A stretch of 63,283 bases of DNA, counting the filler, from Basidiobolus ranarum (Eukaryota), in NCBI GenBank assembly GCA_040143965.1. It is 18 parts of 18 records of this genome, joined end to end, with 100 filler letters (N's around TTAATTAATTAA, not from the genome) between each part and the next. Parts side by side here need not be neighbours in the genome. Positions count along the whole stretch, not along the records: positions 1 to 3,437 come from JASJQH010009367.1; positions 3,538 to 6,971 come from JASJQH010009368.1; positions 7,072 to 10,504 come from JASJQH010009369.1; positions 10,605 to 14,034 come from JASJQH010009370.1; 14 more parts are not named here. One strand, written 5' to 3'. The notes under the pieces are model-generated. The model worked only from the letters and a program-made list of their open reading frames with translations, was not told the DNA's origin and searched no databases. Shown one piece after another: positions 1 through 11,879 of this stretch (the first letter of the stretch is position 1; each line of letters begins with the position of its first letter). A program made the position numbers and the translations under genes.

Positions 1-310
1 ATAAAAATATTCAGGAAAATATATCAAAAAACTAGTGATTTTGAAGGCAACAAATCAGTGTCCAAGTGGTAAATGTGTAAAATTTGAGTTATGTTTTTTG
101 CACATATGTTGATCCATAATTCTTGGAGTTTATAGCCAATTATGTGCAACTATTGTGCAAGATATTGAAATTTCACTCCTGAAACTGAAAAAACTGATTC
201 AAATCAAATCTAACTTTTCAGTTCTATGATGGTAAGTAAACAGTCAATCCCAAATGGATTAAAATTGTGATGGTTTTCCCACATTAACAATCCTCAAATT
301 TCTGTCAGGG
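1..310 (+). mobile_element. Terminal fragment (end A) of CACTA/EnSpm-like element carrying the 3' end of a decayed accessory ORF
   Basis: Homologous to 17664-18380, 24719-25133 and (minus) 34394-35192. Ends ...AAATTTCTGTCAGGG and abuts the middle of a transposase relic. Confidence 0.6.
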
Positions 311-1698
311 GAATGAGCCATTTAAGATAGGATCAAAGTTTGAATTGATTGGGAAAATGCTTGAAAACATCAAGATACCATCACATTTTACCAGTACTCC
401 AATCAAAATCCACTCATCAGATGTTTATTCAAATGGAAGACTGGAAGTATTGGATTTGTATTTATTCAAGCAGAGTATTGAAAATATTTCTGCCCAATAG
501 GTATTGGCAACATTGGGAGTTGTTTGTGGATATTGTTAATATATTCTTTTTGCATCAACTAACATTGGCAGATCTCAGCCAGATATAGTGACTGTGTAAA
601 GATTTTGTAAATGGATATGAGAAATTTTACTACAGGTTTAAAGATGAAAGACTAAATCTGCACTGGTATTGAATACTTTCCCTGCTGCCTCTTTCACAAT
701 GCTTAGTGATAATAGGCCCTTGCTATACATTCTGGGAGTTCACAATAGAGCACATCTGCAGTGAAATGATGCTCCAAGTGAAATTGTTGGTATTACCATA
801 TGCTAATCTGATTAACAATGTATCAGCAAAATAAGTGATGGATCTAATGCAATGGTTAAAGCAGACTCCAGACTATAGTGACCTTCCAACAAATGACTCT
901 TTTCAATGTGCTCATTGGTTTTTGCATTGTTTGAGCACAATAGCAGCAACAAAGCCCAATCCATGGACACAGAGTAAGTACCTCTATAATTGGGACTAAT
1001 CTGTTTGTGTGATAGTCCAACAATATTTCTAGGAAAGCAGCAAGACAGACTTTTTGGAGAGATGCATTTTGATATGCAGTATTATTGTTTTAGCTATGGG
1101 GTAATCTCTCCAATTGATGACACATCTACTTGTGGCAGGACATTTGTTGACTTCAAGTCAGGGCTATATTAGCTGAATTCTTTATGGAAATATGCCAAAA
1201 TCCAAGAGGTTATTCTCATTGTTAATGGTAACAAGAGTCGGCTATTTGCCAAGTGTTGGTGCTATACAAAATTTCAGATGTTTAGCAATTTTTCCACTCT
1301 TAGTTTGCTGTTAAAGCATATTGATGTTGTTGAGTTATGTCTCAGCAGTCAAGTATGGGTATATATAGAGACTAAACACAATAAGATTCTTGTTATGGCT
1401 AGAAAACAAAGCCTAAAATATCTAAATAATGGCATGCATATTGATTGAAATTCCTACAGCAGTTAACCCAGTAATTTGCCATTCAAAAATTGTCAGAAAT
1501 TAAATGATGCATGTCAGATGTGAGGACCAATATTTTACCAAGTATGAATATTATCATATTACCATCCAGAACCTGCCATCTTAACATCAAAATCCCTGGC
1601 AGAATGCAATCCACCAATAATGTGATGGTCCTCTGATGGTTTTGTGATCCAGAAGGGTGGATCCAATCTGGATCAAATTGATTTTATTTTTGTTAGGA
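311..1698 (+). mobile_element. Decayed CACTA/EnSpm (Tnp2-type) transposase, C-terminal half, plus terminus (end B)
   Basis: Frame fragments DWKYWICIYSSRVLKIFLPNRYWQHWELFVDIV...YEKFYYRFKDERL...GPCYTFWEF match the CACTA transposase C-terminal region. Many stops. Ends ...TTTTTGTTAGG like the other copies. Confidence 0.75.
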
Positions 1699-1699
1699 A

Positions 1700-1839
1700 A
1701 ATTTGGGGCTTCTCTGAAAATCTATATATCAGAGAGCTTCTAGAAAGTTCCTCTTGAGATGATATGTAGGTTCATATAGGATAACTCAGTTCTAAGCTAT
1801 ATATCACAATATTGGTGTTAGACCATTGTAATTTCAAGA
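1700..1839 (-). repeat. Degenerate fragment of copia LTR family B
   Basis: Similar by eye to 58823-59165 (GAAAATCTATATATC...AAGCTATATAT...TAATTTCAA). Confidence 0.5.
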
Positions 1840-2129
1840 GCAACAGGTTTATATTAAATCAATATTTTTTCCATTAAAAGATAATGAATTGTAAAACTAT
1901 TAGTGAAATAAGTTATTTTGCTGGTCATTTCCAAAACAATCCAAGTTGAGAAAATATCATCCTGTTTATATAGGAAACTTGCAGGGACAACAACTAAAAC
2001 TATAGTGTTGAAAGTTCAGATCTTTCAATAGTGTTGGAAAATGTATTTCATTATAGACAATTTTGGTGCAAAATAAATGTTGAGCTCAAAACTGATTCAC
2101 TAATGATAATAAATGTGCATGTAAGTAAC

Positions 2130-2292
2130 ATCACCAAGAGTTGTGGAATAGCTTTCATAGTTTCAAAGATTGCTATTTGAGCTCTGCTTTGGTTTTCTGA
2201 CAAATAGCCAGTAGATATAGGAAGTGAATGCAGAGATATTGCCGTTTGAAAAGTGTATGCAAGAAAAGGGAATCAGTTACGAGTGCTAGCGC
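2130..2292. repeat. Degenerate end of the Tc1/mariner-like element found at 29134-30765
   Basis: Aligns by eye to the reverse complement of 29134-29295, including the TIR (...GAATCAGTTACGAGTGCTAGCG versus ...GAATCAGTTATGACCGCTAGTG). Confidence 0.5.
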
Positions 2293-3256
2293 AGGTATCA
2301 TCCGAGAGCTTGTTTGACCAGCTTTGTTTGGCCAGTGTATGGATTTGCCATTATATGTGATGTTCTAAAGACCGTGAAGATAGAATGCATTTGAAACGCT
2401 TTAGTCATCACTTTGCTTTGCATCAATAGACTTGCGGCAAGGCCTGTATGAAGTAATAATAATAAGAATTGATCTATGATCATACGGACAAATTAGGTGG
2501 TTAAAAGATTCAGGAGGTGGAAAGAATTTCATACCATGGCTAATTCTGAGGAGAAAGTAGCTACATCTGAATTCGGTTAGTGTACCAACATGATGCAACA
2601 TTGCTGTGTAACCTGTACTGATAGTGGTATTCAGTGGCACAAGGACTTATGGTTGTGCTAATTTTATCAGATTTTACTTTACTAGTCCTAACCTTAACCC
2701 CTCTTGTGCTCGTCGGAATTCAATCCCAAGTGAAATATCGTAGATAAAAGTCAAATGCCCAATTACAACCCTAACCCTCTATCTGATAACAAGATGCTAA
2801 AAACGGAACATGTCAACTTTCAATAACTTGATTATCAATTGTACAAAAGCGAACAAAATATAAACTTAGTAACTAATTCGTGCAGTTTCTCTGCTTTGTT
2901 CCTATCAGCATATATAGCTCAGTTTTCCTCAGGCCAATGGCCGAAATATCGCACATCATTAATTACGGATAGTGTTCCTTGCACTTCCCAAAGAAGGAAT
3001 TCCCATTGACCAATGGCTTAAACCTCGCCACTGTGGAAAGATTGGACAGAAGTAGAAGGGGAAGTACCTTACCGATCTGTTCTAGAATTCAGTGGACCAA
3101 TCCAAATTAGGTTTTTGGAAATGGCATCAAATGATATAAAGCTTCCAGTGTCGCCATGATATTCAGTAACACATTTCAGTATTATAGTAGATCAAGCCTA
3201 CACCAACTTAACCCAGTTATCCCTTTACAGTACATACATCACATATATATATAACA

Positions 3257-3437
3257 ATGTCAGCAAATACCGACTTACAGGGTGTGTTGATTTCTCAGCC
3301 CGAACAGAACTTTTTGTATAGAGCTATTATGCAAATAGAAGGGATGACCTGCTCATCTTGTGTTAAAACCACTGAGAAGGCCTTGGCTGCCATCGACTCC
3401 ATCGTCACAGATTGTATTAGTGTCAGCTCTCTTACCG
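3257..3437 (+). CDS. Heavy-metal-associated (HMA) domain, probably the N-terminus of a P1B-type Cu ATPase; truncated by contig end
   Basis: IEGMTCSSCVKTTEKAL contains the GMxCxxC metal-binding motif. AT-rich TATA-like run immediately upstream. Confidence 0.75.
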
Positions 3438-3537
3438 NNNNNNNNNNNNNNNNNNNNNNNNNNNNNNNNNNNNNNNNNNNNTTAATTAATTAANNNNNNN
3501 NNNNNNNNNNNNNNNNNNNNNNNNNNNNNNNNNNNNN
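3438..3537. other. Artificial contig linker (first of 17 identical ones)
   Basis: 44 N + TTAATTAATTAA (stops in all six frames) + 44 N. Linkers start at 3438, 6972, 10505, 14035, 17564, 21092, 24619, 28145, 31669, 35193, 38713, 42232, 45748, 49258, 52767, 56274 and 59779. Contig lengths never increase along the window. Confidence 0.98.
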
Positions 3538-4170
3538 TTAGGATACATGCAAAAATGTGCTTTACTGCATTTGAAGATAATCAAAGTTGTATTTCATTAG
3601 CTAAAAACCCTACAATTCATGTAAGAACAAAACATATAGATATTAGGCTTCATTTTGTTAGAGAAGCAATAGAGAATGATATAATATGAACTTGCCTCTT
3701 GCCCTACTGAAGAAATGATAGCTGATATCTTAACCAAACCTTTAGTTAGAGCACAATTTGAATTATTAAGATATAAGTTAGGTTTAAGAGAAATACAAAA
3801 TAATTGGTTGAGTGGGAATGTTGAAATTACGTAAATAGCAACTCATTATTTATTAGTTAGTTAATTCATCTTCTGATTAATTAGTACTCAATTCTGTCAT
3901 TCAAAAACGTGTGTTTATTGCTCTAATAGATAGAAATATCAATTGGGTCACTTTTACCAATTTTCACTATTTTCTCAAAATTTCTCCAAATCACCTCAAA
4001 TTGTCACCCATGCTTAACAGGCATGTTTGTTATGATCTAATCACATCCAATAGTCCTTTTTCATAGTAAACTATAAATAGTACATATTCAATTCAATAAA
4101 ACTTAAGTGTCTAATTCACAAATCCAAATCTTGTCCGAAACACTTCCAAATCCCCTAAACACTTTTATCT
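3538..4170 (+). mobile_element. Ty1/copia family A 3' end: RNase H relic, polypurine tract and 3' LTR (about 3819-4170)
   Basis: FEDNQSCISLAKNP...RTKHIDIR...ADILTKPL, then GTTGAGTGGGAA, then TGTTGAAATTA...CCCTAAACACTTTTATC. Same LTR at 41698-42045 and 62115-62466. Confidence 0.9.
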
Positions 4171-4759
4171 TCCTGATCACTACTATGATACTGCTGATAA
4201 ATCTATCATCAAGTGCTGTGATTTGTCACTGGTGTGCCAGAATTACTGGTGTTTTGTAATGCAGGAGCTGTTGTGCCAAATTGAAAATTGGGATAGTGTG
4301 TTAGTGAGGGACAAATGATTGGCCTAAAAGCATGTGAATGTCTCAGTTATACATTTGATTGGGTAAGTTAGAGTATAAATTGTTTTTTTTTAAACATTCA
4401 GTAATTTGTAAGTTCCAAACTAGGCAATAAACTTACTTTGTGAGTTACCTAAAATCTTGATTTGGCAATACTAAATTGGTTAACTTGGTATAGGCTGCCA
4501 CAATATCTCAAATAAAATCATTGTGTCCAATTGTGGTGGGATAGTGCCATATTGTTCCTTATGGTGTCCAATTGAGCATTATAGGACCCAGCCACGGTAA
4601 TTGACAGATTGCGCCAGATGGTGCACTAGCAGGCTGGATCAAGCAGCATAATCTGACCTGGTCCAATGGAACAAGTCTAATAAAGATAGGAAAGTACAAG
4701 TAGCACAAGAGTAATAAGTATTTGACTAGGTTTGAAGCACTACATGCTTATTTGCTTCT

Positions 4760-5690
4760 GTTATTTTTGTTGTATCCTTGATGTTCCCTCCATAGGAACT
4801 GTGCCTCAGTTTCCAGACTAGGTTGATTGGTGTGCTCTTGCTAAAGTTGCTCTGTCTTGGCCTGCATCAATTGTGGCTTGAGACTGCTGCACTGTGGTAT
4901 GTGCTGGCTTTTCTGGTCACCTTTGTGGTTTATTTGTATCTACAGTTTCTAATAGTTTGCTTTCAGGCATCAGATCTTCATTCGAACATAGTGGAATGTT
5001 CAATATATCCAGCAGTTGGCCTTTGTTGCCATTACATAGTAGAACTCATTAAACCAGCATACTTCTCTGATGGCATACTCCTCACAGCTGACACCTCTCC
5101 AGATGTAAAAAGCTCACTGATTGGTTTGGATGAATCAGGTACATCATGTGCATTGAAGCATGAGAATGCAGGTCACCTCTTCATAGTTCTTGATTGACTA
5201 CTTGCTCTTAGTCAAAAACAACTGAAGAGTCACAATCCCTACCAAGATGGCATTGCTATAGATATGTACTACTGGCTGTTGAACCAGCTTATTGAGCACT
5301 TGCCTATCTAAATGTAATTCCCATTTCAGTGGTGAGTTGTGTAGATTCCTTCTGTGAAACAGATATCTTGTTGGAAGTTTCTTTGCTTCATAGTGATCTA
5401 GTACATCTGTGCAACAATTTTAACAGCTCCAATTAGCCTTGCAGAATAACTTGTGATTAATATTTTGACTTGCTTTTCTCTTTACATTTGTATTGATTAC
5501 TCTTACCATAATGTCCTGAAGCATTGTTCCATATTCTGTAACCCCAATTGAATGGTGCTGAAAAGTCCCCTTGAGCAATTATTAATATATAACTAGCATA
5601 TCTTTGGTAACAGAAGTTGAGGTGGCAATGGTTGCTTATGGTATATACAGACTAAATGTAATTTGAATTTTTCTTTGCCAAATCTAAATT
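4760..5690 (-). pseudogene. Decayed copy of an unclassified repeat-borne ORF (homologue of about 15900-16715)
   Basis: Minus-strand pieces LQDIMVRVINTNVKRKASQ and AQ*AGSTAST...GRDCD...VNQEL*RGDLHSH match FQDTIARVITRELKRKARQ and AQKVGSSASST...GRACD...VNEELQEGGQHSH. Confidence 0.55.
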
Positions 5691-5709
5691 AAAGTTCCTA
5701 TCTCTTGAT

Positions 5710-6036
5710 GAAAGTGTTTTCAACATGATTGAGATTTGGGAACTACACACTTAAGTTTAATTGAAGTGAATATCTCTTATGTATAGTTTACTATGAGATA
5801 GTATTATTGGACATGCTTAGATCATAACAAACATGCCTGTTAAGCAAAGGTGAAGATATCTGGTAATTTGGAGAGTTTTGAGAAAATAGTGAAATATGCA
5901 AAAGTGATCTAATTAATATTTATATCAATTAGAGCAATAAACACTTGTTTTTAAATGGAAGAATTGAATGCTAAATAATTAGAATATCAATAAAATAACT
6001 ACTAATTAATGAGTAACTATTTACCTGATTTCATCA
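5710..6036 (-). repeat. Degenerate copia LTR family A, antisense
   Basis: Reverse complement of 3819-4170 (TAGATCATAACAAACATGCCTGTTAAGCA; GAGAAAATAGTGAAA; TATTTACCTGATTTCATCA). Confidence 0.8.
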
Positions 6037-7129
6037 CACTTGTTCCATCAGACCAGTTCAGATCATGCCACTCAAATCCAGCCTGCTATTACACCATCTG
6101 GTGTGATCTGTCAATTACTATGGCTAGGGCTTTTAACACTTGAGTTTCCCAATTTAGTATTGCTAACTTAAGATTTTGGGCAACTGACAAAGCCAGTTCA
6201 TCCTCTAGTTTGTAACTTATTAATTACTGAATGTGTAACAATAAGTAATATATACTGTAACTTACCCAATCAAATGTATAGCTGAGACATTCACATGATT
6301 TTAGGCCAATCATTTCTTCCTCACTAACACAATATGCTGGTTTTGATTGTGCCCAATGGCTCCTGCATTAAGAAAGACCAATAGTTTTAGCACACTGGTG
6401 ACAAATCACGGCACTTAATGATGGATCAATCTGCAGTGTGATTGCAATAATCAGGATCACTTAATTCATCATTCTTAGATCAGCAAATTATTCATCCAAT
6501 CATATAGGCTTCTCATTGGGTGAGAACATAAATGGATTGAGCCATATCAAGCTAATACAGCTACTCAAGCCCTTTATTGACAGACATTTTTCATTTAATT
6601 GTATTGAAATTGCTTGTATTGATAGGCAGTCAGTGATTTTTTGATATATGATGGTTTCATGCAATCAGTGCTTCATAAAGCCATTAGCAATTGTGATCTA
6701 ACTAAAACAATTGATGCAATATTCAACTTCAATCCATATTGATTTCACATGATATGCTAAACAGTAAAGATAGGATAATATAAGTATTAACAAAAGTATT
6801 CAGCAGTTGCCTAGGTTTGAAGTAGTGTAGTTGTTTTAGGGTGTAAGCAGCAACTATAACTGCAATATCCTAAGGGTTTTGTGAGGTGTTCAAAGGGTGC
6901 AATAACCACGGTTGAAGAACTAAGGGATGTATTGTAATATGGGTCTGTCTCTTGCGTCTTGGGTCTTGGTGNNNNNNNNNNNNNNNNNNNNNNNNNNNNN
7001 NNNNNNNNNNNNNNNTTAATTAATTAANNNNNNNNNNNNNNNNNNNNNNNNNNNNNNNNNNNNNNNNNNNNGTACCATACATTGACAGACTAGGTTAAGG
7101 TTCCCTAGCAATATAGGCATAGCATACAA

Positions 7130-7202
7130 GGACTGGTAGCTCAGTGGTTAGAGCACCTTGCTAGAGTGAAGGAGGTCCCAGGCTCAAATCCTGGCCAGAC
7201 CA
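7130..7202 (+). tRNA. tRNA-like pseudogene or tRNA-derived SINE head (73 nt)
   Basis: Cloverleaf GGACTGG-TA-GCTC AGTGGTTA GAGC-A-CCTTG CTAGAGT GAAGG-AGGTC-CCAGG CTCAAAT CCTGG-CCAGACC-A. A-box intact. One mismatch in the acceptor stem and one in the anticodon stem; T-loop TTC changed to CTC. Confidence 0.7.
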
Positions 7203-7224
7203 ATATTTCTCCTTAAATAATTTC

Positions 7225-8255
7225 ATTAATATATAGCTTAGTACCTAGTTATCTAATATTTCACTAAGATATTATCCATTATTCTCAATTGGAATTTACT
7301 CAAAATATTTCATCAACTTGGAAGTTCTCAGATATATAGATTTTTCTAACTTGTACTAGAAGCCCCAAACTTTTCACACATGTTTGTGGGACCTTCCTAG
7401 ACATATCCTGGCTGTTGGTTAGTTTGTATCCTGACAAAAATCTAAATGACAACTTTTTACTCAAAAAATCAGTAAGTGAATATCATCAGTTTCTATGATT
7501 CTCCATAACATTTCCAACAGGCTCCCAAATTCTTTAACAGGTTATGAGTCCCAAGCTTGAACTTTCCATAATGTCCACTTCTCCAACTTCTGGAACTTTT
7601 CCCACTTCTGAAAAATTGGATGGAACCAATTATGAAGTTTGGAAAATGAAAATGAAAATGCTGCTACAAGAAAAAGGACTTTAGGACACTATTGTAGGAA
7701 ATGAAACCAATGGAAAACTATCTGAAACCAAAGTTTTGCTCTGAGTTAAAAAAGAACAAAGTATCTTTAACACAATTTGTCTTGATATTAAAGATAAATT
7801 GCTAATTCAATGTTCAAGAGCTAAAACTGCCAAGAAGGTATGGAAAGCCTTGGAAGATACCTATCAAACAAACTCTTTAACTTAAAGATAAAACTAGAGA
7901 CAACATTAAATCACTAAGTAACAAATTCACTATCTTAGTGGATGAAAACAAATGTATTGGAATACCTACTCCTGATCAGGATATCATAGTTATAGTCCTG
8001 AATAGTCTGTCATACAAGTTTCAGAGCCTGTTAATGGTTCTAGAATCAATAACTGAAAATTTGACCTTAAATTATATATTTGGCAGACTTCTGGATAAAG
8101 ATTAAGATCAAATCAAAAGAATGAAGAAGATGCTTTAATGGGCTATGGACAACCTTCCTATAAAGGTCAAAAGCACTTTAAGAAGAAAAGTAACATATGC
8201 TACAATTATTGTAAAAGAACTGGCCATTTAGGCAAAGATTGCTTTGACTTCAAAT
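7225..8255 (+). mobile_element. Ty1/copia family B 5' end: partial 5' LTR (to 7539), PBS (7540-7552) and decayed gag from ATG 7571
   Basis: LTR ends ...CTTTAACA, then GGTTATGAGTCCC. Gag reads EKLDGTNYEVWKMKMKMLLQEKGL* and carries the zinc knuckle CYNYCKRTGHLGKDC. Confidence 0.9.
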
Positions 8256-8549
8256 TTTTTGGGGATATTTTCAAAGTGAGTTGGGCACAATTAGGAATAC
8301 TAAAGCTAAGGTTTTCCTGATGAGTGGCTTTTTGTTGAGGGAAAAATAAGTACATATACCTTTCCTGGAAATAAAATAGAATGGAACTGTACTCAGACAG
8401 AGAGGAAGTTCAAGATGACAACTTCGAAATCTCTGCCCGTTTCAAGCCATTTCCATGGATAGAAATACGCGGGTATCTCAGGCAAACGGCCACACATTGA
8501 TCCCAACTAACATAAATGTGTATGGATACCACAGCATGTAACACGCACA

Positions 8550-9004
8550 ATGCTGTACTACTTCCTTCTCTGTCTTGTGCTCTGCCTTCCATGTGCACGA
8601 GGTGTTGCTATAAATTTCCGTTGGCGTGATTCCCCAGGTTACTACGTGGATATTAGATCCATTTGTACTAGCCAGTGGGGTATACTCCATCTGGCACCTA
8701 TTGGTGCGTCGCTGCTTGGTATAATGGCTACTTTGGGGTACAAAGAGCAAGGAACGGACGCTATATTTTCATCACCTCGGTTTGGAATCAGGGCACAAAA
8801 TCCCCTAGAATCGATCTAGCGTTTCCAGATGGCACCCCTTCAGAATGTGAGAATGCCAGTTACTGTGTTGAAGGTGCTGTTGCCCATGATCTTATCTGGG
8901 GTGACTCCTGACAACCTGGAGTCAGATACGATTTCATGGTCGATTGCGAACGCATGGGAGACGATGGAATATTCAGCAGCTACATCTTCAAAGATAATAT
9001 GTAA
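8550..9004 (+). pseudogene. Pseudogenised paralogue of the secreted DUF3472-like gene at 9872
   Basis: Signal peptide MLYYFLLCLVLCLPCARG; frameshift near 8670; then GYTPSGTYW...GYFGVQ...SVWNQG...CENASYCVEGAVAHDL; TGA at 8909-8911 where the paralogue has Trp; TAA at 9002-9004. Confidence 0.8.
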
Positions 9005-9131
9005 GTGGCCATCCAGGGGATCAACCACACGATGAGTAATGGGAACTCTTATTTCCATATTCCCCAAATGATGCAACGTGCTCGAAGTGAAGCAATTGCC
9101 TCAAATCCAGACTTTCCACAGTAGTCGATTA

Positions 9132-9257
9132 GGATATACCAAATCCGGGGATGAAGAATTGGCAAATTGGGACTAAGTGATCCAATTTAGTGATAGGGAT
9201 ATACCCAATCTGGGGATGAAGAATTGGCAAATTGGGACTAAGTGATCCATTTAGTGA
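9132..9257. repeat. Two-copy tandem repeat, 65-bp period
   Basis: GGATATACC(A/C)AATC(C/T)GGGGATGAAGAATTGGCAAATTGGGACTAAGTGATCCA... starts at 9132 and at 9197. Confidence 0.9.
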
Positions 9258-9871
9258 AATGCCTGGTTATCCGTTCTTGTGATGGTCAAAGCTGCTAATT
9301 CCATAATTGTGCCATGTACCAATTAACAGTCTTGTATATCCCCAGGCGAGTGATTAATTGGTTTGGGTGGCCAAATATCCCATTTTATCATGTAAGGCAA
9401 ATCAGTAGCATTTGATGTTATTAAAGAAAATCATTCCTTTCTGCCGCGAATGCGATTAACCACAAATCATTGAATCAAGTCGGAGATGGAGCTGGGTAAT
9501 GATTTGAGGTGTTGAGCCTGTTGGCTTGTTGAATATGCTCAAGGTGTTGGCAATGAGTTGAGGCGATATGAATATCTTGGAATCTTTCAGTTCTCTTCAA
9601 AAAACTTGCAACCGTAGATAATATAAGTTGAGTGTAAATGGTTCTACTTCGTATAGCACCGTAATGCTAATAAAAGGATGGGATGAGTAGATTCTTGCAA
9701 GAATATGCATAAAACTTGGTAATGATCATTATCGTGCTCCATATGAAAGTCAATGACTAAGGCACATTCTACGCCATAGGCAGATATACCTCAAATGATG
9801 TCAGATACCAATGTCGATGGTACGATTTGATATAAATAACTTGAAATACCTCTTGCTCAACCGTCGCAAAC

Positions 9872-10504
9872 ATGTATTTTTTCCTACTATTTCTGTTACA
9901 CCTTTACTTGGCGCAAGCGGTCGATGTAGAATTGTCCTTTGCAAACTATAATTGGCCCTACCCCGATGCCAAGTCCCTCTATAGCAGCGTAATGGTTCCA
10001 AAAGGATATGATCCCAAAACATCTTATTGGGGTGTTTTTATGTGGTCATATGGCTACTTCGGCATTCAGAATATGAATGGATCCGCCAACTACATTATGT
10101 CCGTTTGGAACGATGGTAACAAAACGGCCCGAGTCGATCTTGGGCTTCTCAGAGGTGAAGCTTCTGATTGCGAGAATGCAAAGGGTTGCATTGAAGGAGC
10201 AGTTGCCCATGACCTCGTGTTCTCAGAGCCTTGGCAAACGGGTGTACAATATAACTTCATGCTTGATTGCGAAGGCGACGGAGAAACTAGGAAATTGTCA
10301 AGTTATGTTTTCAAGAATGACCATTGGTTATTGATTACTCAGTTTGTCCTCCCCGGTTACAACGAATGCTACTCCCCTCCGTTCTTTCAATTTTTGGAGA
10401 ATCCGGCGTGGAACAGTGGTGCCTGGTGGTTGGAACATGAAGCATCCCGCCATCAAAAGAGAGGGTTTTATTACAACCAGCATATGAAAACTGTCGACTC
10501 TGAC
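9872..10504 (+). CDS. Secreted DUF3472-like protein, no intron in the visible part, truncated by contig end
   Basis: TATAAATA at 9831; signal peptide ending LAQA. Motifs SYW...GYFGIQ...MSVW...W.TG.QY.F...W.LI..F..P...FLEN...RGFY.NQ follow the DUF3472 pattern as recalled. Confidence 0.75.
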
Positions 10505-11879
10505 NNNNNNNNNNNNNNNNNNNNNNNNNNNNNNNNNNNNNNNNNNNNTTAATTAATTAANNNNNNNNNNNNNNNNNNNNNNNNNNNNNNNNNNNNNNNN
10601 NNNNTTGTACAAAGATGAAGTGTTAAATGGTAGAAAGGCTGAAAGGGTCTTGTCAAGTCGTACTTTCATTCGCTTATGGAATCAGTTACTGCCTCAGATT
10701 AGAGTGCTTCCCTCAAAGACTGGTGAATTAAGAGATTCCAACTCTACCAACCATTTAGCTCATGCACAGGCTACTGTACGTCCAACTACATTGGCTGAAT
10801 TCACACTTGACCCGTTTGTATAAAACATTTTCTTCAGTCTTGTCGAGGCTGAATTGTAGTTATTTTATTTGCACATTTTTCTTACATGGATATAAATAAT
10901 CTCGGCCTATTCTTCCCGGTAATAATAAGAAACTACTGCACATAAGGAAACCGCGATATTGTATTTGGCAAGGATGTACTTTAAGTGTACCCAGAGAGGA
11001 CCTTTGACGTCTACTGAGCTACATACATTTAGAGAGTAACGGTGGTTTTTTTACTTATTGCGAACTTTACCGAGCAACAACTCCTCATGAATACCAAGAT
11101 TCCAAGGATCATCTTTTAAAACTACTTCACGTGTTCTACTTGAGTAATTCAGAGGGTGTATTCTACTTCTCTATTGTACTCTCGATTGGGAGCGTCGCTC
11201 TCAGGAAACCATTTTCAATTGAAGAAATCCAACTCAAGATGGTGATTTTGGTTGACGTGACTTTGGAATCCAATCTTAGTACTGTTTGACTTAAAGCGCT
11301 AAACGTTATTTTTTTGGATAGCTTCAATGGTGCATTTCAACTGATGATACTACTTGTAAACATCACTAGCCAAGACCCAAAACAAGTAACAATGTCAAAT
11401 ACTGTGTGAGTGGTTATGGTTTCTGACAATAGGAAAAGACAGGATGAGTTGACACAAATAGAGGCAACTCGATGATGATGCCCTGATCGTCAATATTGCA
11501 TTAAGTACATTATTTGTTAGTGGATGCGGATGTGAATGTCATGTAAAGTTGTTCAGGAGACATGTTCCAAACTCAAGGCCTGATCTTAAACTATGTATCA
11601 AGAACGAGAGCGAAACAGAGGCTTAGTGATCAGCTGGTTAAAGGTGCATAAATCGTCAGCAACGATGAAACAAGAAATGAGGGGTGCTAAGTGTAATTGA
11701 GTATCTTACAACAATGGTTTCTAATTATGATACTGTTCTACCCCTGAGGTTTCCACACCTTATCTCATATAAATATCATCCCCTTCATTAGCAAGCAGAA
11801 CCCTATTCGCGCTGGTCGACTCAAATTAATAGCTCTAGATAATATCTTTGAAAGATCTTCCCTCACATACGTTATCATA

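Larger units (their letters stand above)
4170..6457. repeat. Imperfect inverted pair of a 420-500 bp unclassified repeat (4170-4677 versus 6038-6457)
   Basis: For example GTGAATGTCTCAGTTATACATTTGATTGGGTAAGTTA in the left arm is the reverse complement of TAACTTACCCAATCAAATGTATAGCTGAGACATTCAC in the right arm, with one mismatch. Confidence 0.75.

Noticed and set aside
2688-2780. Telomere-like CCCTAA/CCTTAA motifs
   Set aside because: At most two imperfect units, internal to the contig.
3482-3493. TTAATTAATTAA recurring at a near-regular 3.5-kb period
   Set aside because: Always centred in N runs; a synthetic six-frame stop linker, not a biological repeat.
9132-9257. Direct repeats here and at 51666-51735 as a possible CRISPR array
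   Set aside because: Only two adjacent units, no unique spacers, no cas genes, eukaryotic context.
10605-10823. 72-aa frame LSSRTFIRLWNQLLPQIRVLP resembling a transposase-associated motif
   Set aside because: Too short, at a contig edge, and the expected downstream cysteines are absent; cannot be assigned.
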